A stretch of 63,315 bases of DNA, counting the filler, from Octopus bimaculoides (taxonomy: Eukaryota), in assembly GCF_001194135.2 (NCBI RefSeq). It is 7 parts of 6 records of this genome, joined end to end, with 100 filler letters (N's around TTAATTAATTAA, not from the genome) between each part and the next. Parts side by side here need not be neighbours in the genome. Positions count along the whole stretch, not along the records: positions 62,099 to 63,315 come from NW_026335171.1; 6 more parts are not named here. One strand, given 5' to 3'. Of the stretch, positions 62,906 through 63,315 are shown one piece after another. Under the pieces are notes generated by a model, which did no database searches, had not been told where the DNA came from, and worked only from the letters and a program-made list of their open reading frames with translations. The translations under genes and the position numbers were made by a program. Position 1 is the stretch's first letter; each line of letters opens with the position of its first letter.

Positions 62906-63315
62906 TTGTAAAAGTTTTGCTTTAACATATTTAATAAATAACTAATTGTCGTGACGCAGAATTGCTGTTTCTAATTGTCGTGACGTAGAATTCCTTTCTT
63001 TACTTTTTATGCTTTCGTTTTCTGCTGACGTCATCAAAAGTTAAATACTAAACTGGTTTCTCTTAGAATATTATATTTCTTCTTTACGTTCATTTTGTAT
63101 GTGCTCTTCCATTAGCGATCTTTTCTTAATTCACTCTGATTCTAACCCAATTTGGATTGCCTTGATAACATTGTGTTAGCATATATTTTCAGACATATTA
63201 AATTTACTGGTATTATATACCTTTTTATGTATCTAACTATGCTGGCATAATAGAAACGATCACCAATAGAATCACCAATTAAAGATGTGATTTTCTCCAT
63301 TATTATTCTTTATAT

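Overview
AT-rich, microsatellite-saturated metazoan DNA from a gapped draft scaffold. The SINE complement resembles octopus (inference from repeat families, not a database match). The only host gene I can support is one coding exon of hydroxyacylglutathione hydrolase/glyoxalase II (HAGH; + strand, ~20687-20877, [35 protein letters not shown]). It has an open in-frame N-terminal extension and no visible downstream exons. Nearly everything else is decayed mobile DNA: tRNA-derived SINEs, RTE, Tx1-like, R4/Dong-like and Penelope-like (PLE) retroelements, mariner/maT, hAT, piggyBac and MULE MITEs, a Helitron fragment, minisatellites and microsatellites. Most long ORFs in the track are microsatellite or N-run artefacts. 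The most interesting layer is RNA structure. There is one type I hammerhead ribozyme with a complete core beside a PLE reverse transcriptase relic (42449-42575, - strand), several near-intact or variant hammerheads in other repeat families, and two long fold-back palindromes that each duplicate only the 3' half of a hammerhead. Also present are a ~353-bp structured monomer arranged in tandem and inverted, and a MULE-type MITE with a perfect 9-bp TSD carrying divergent telomeric repeats. Six 100-bp gaps contain a synthetic TTAATTAATTAA linker.
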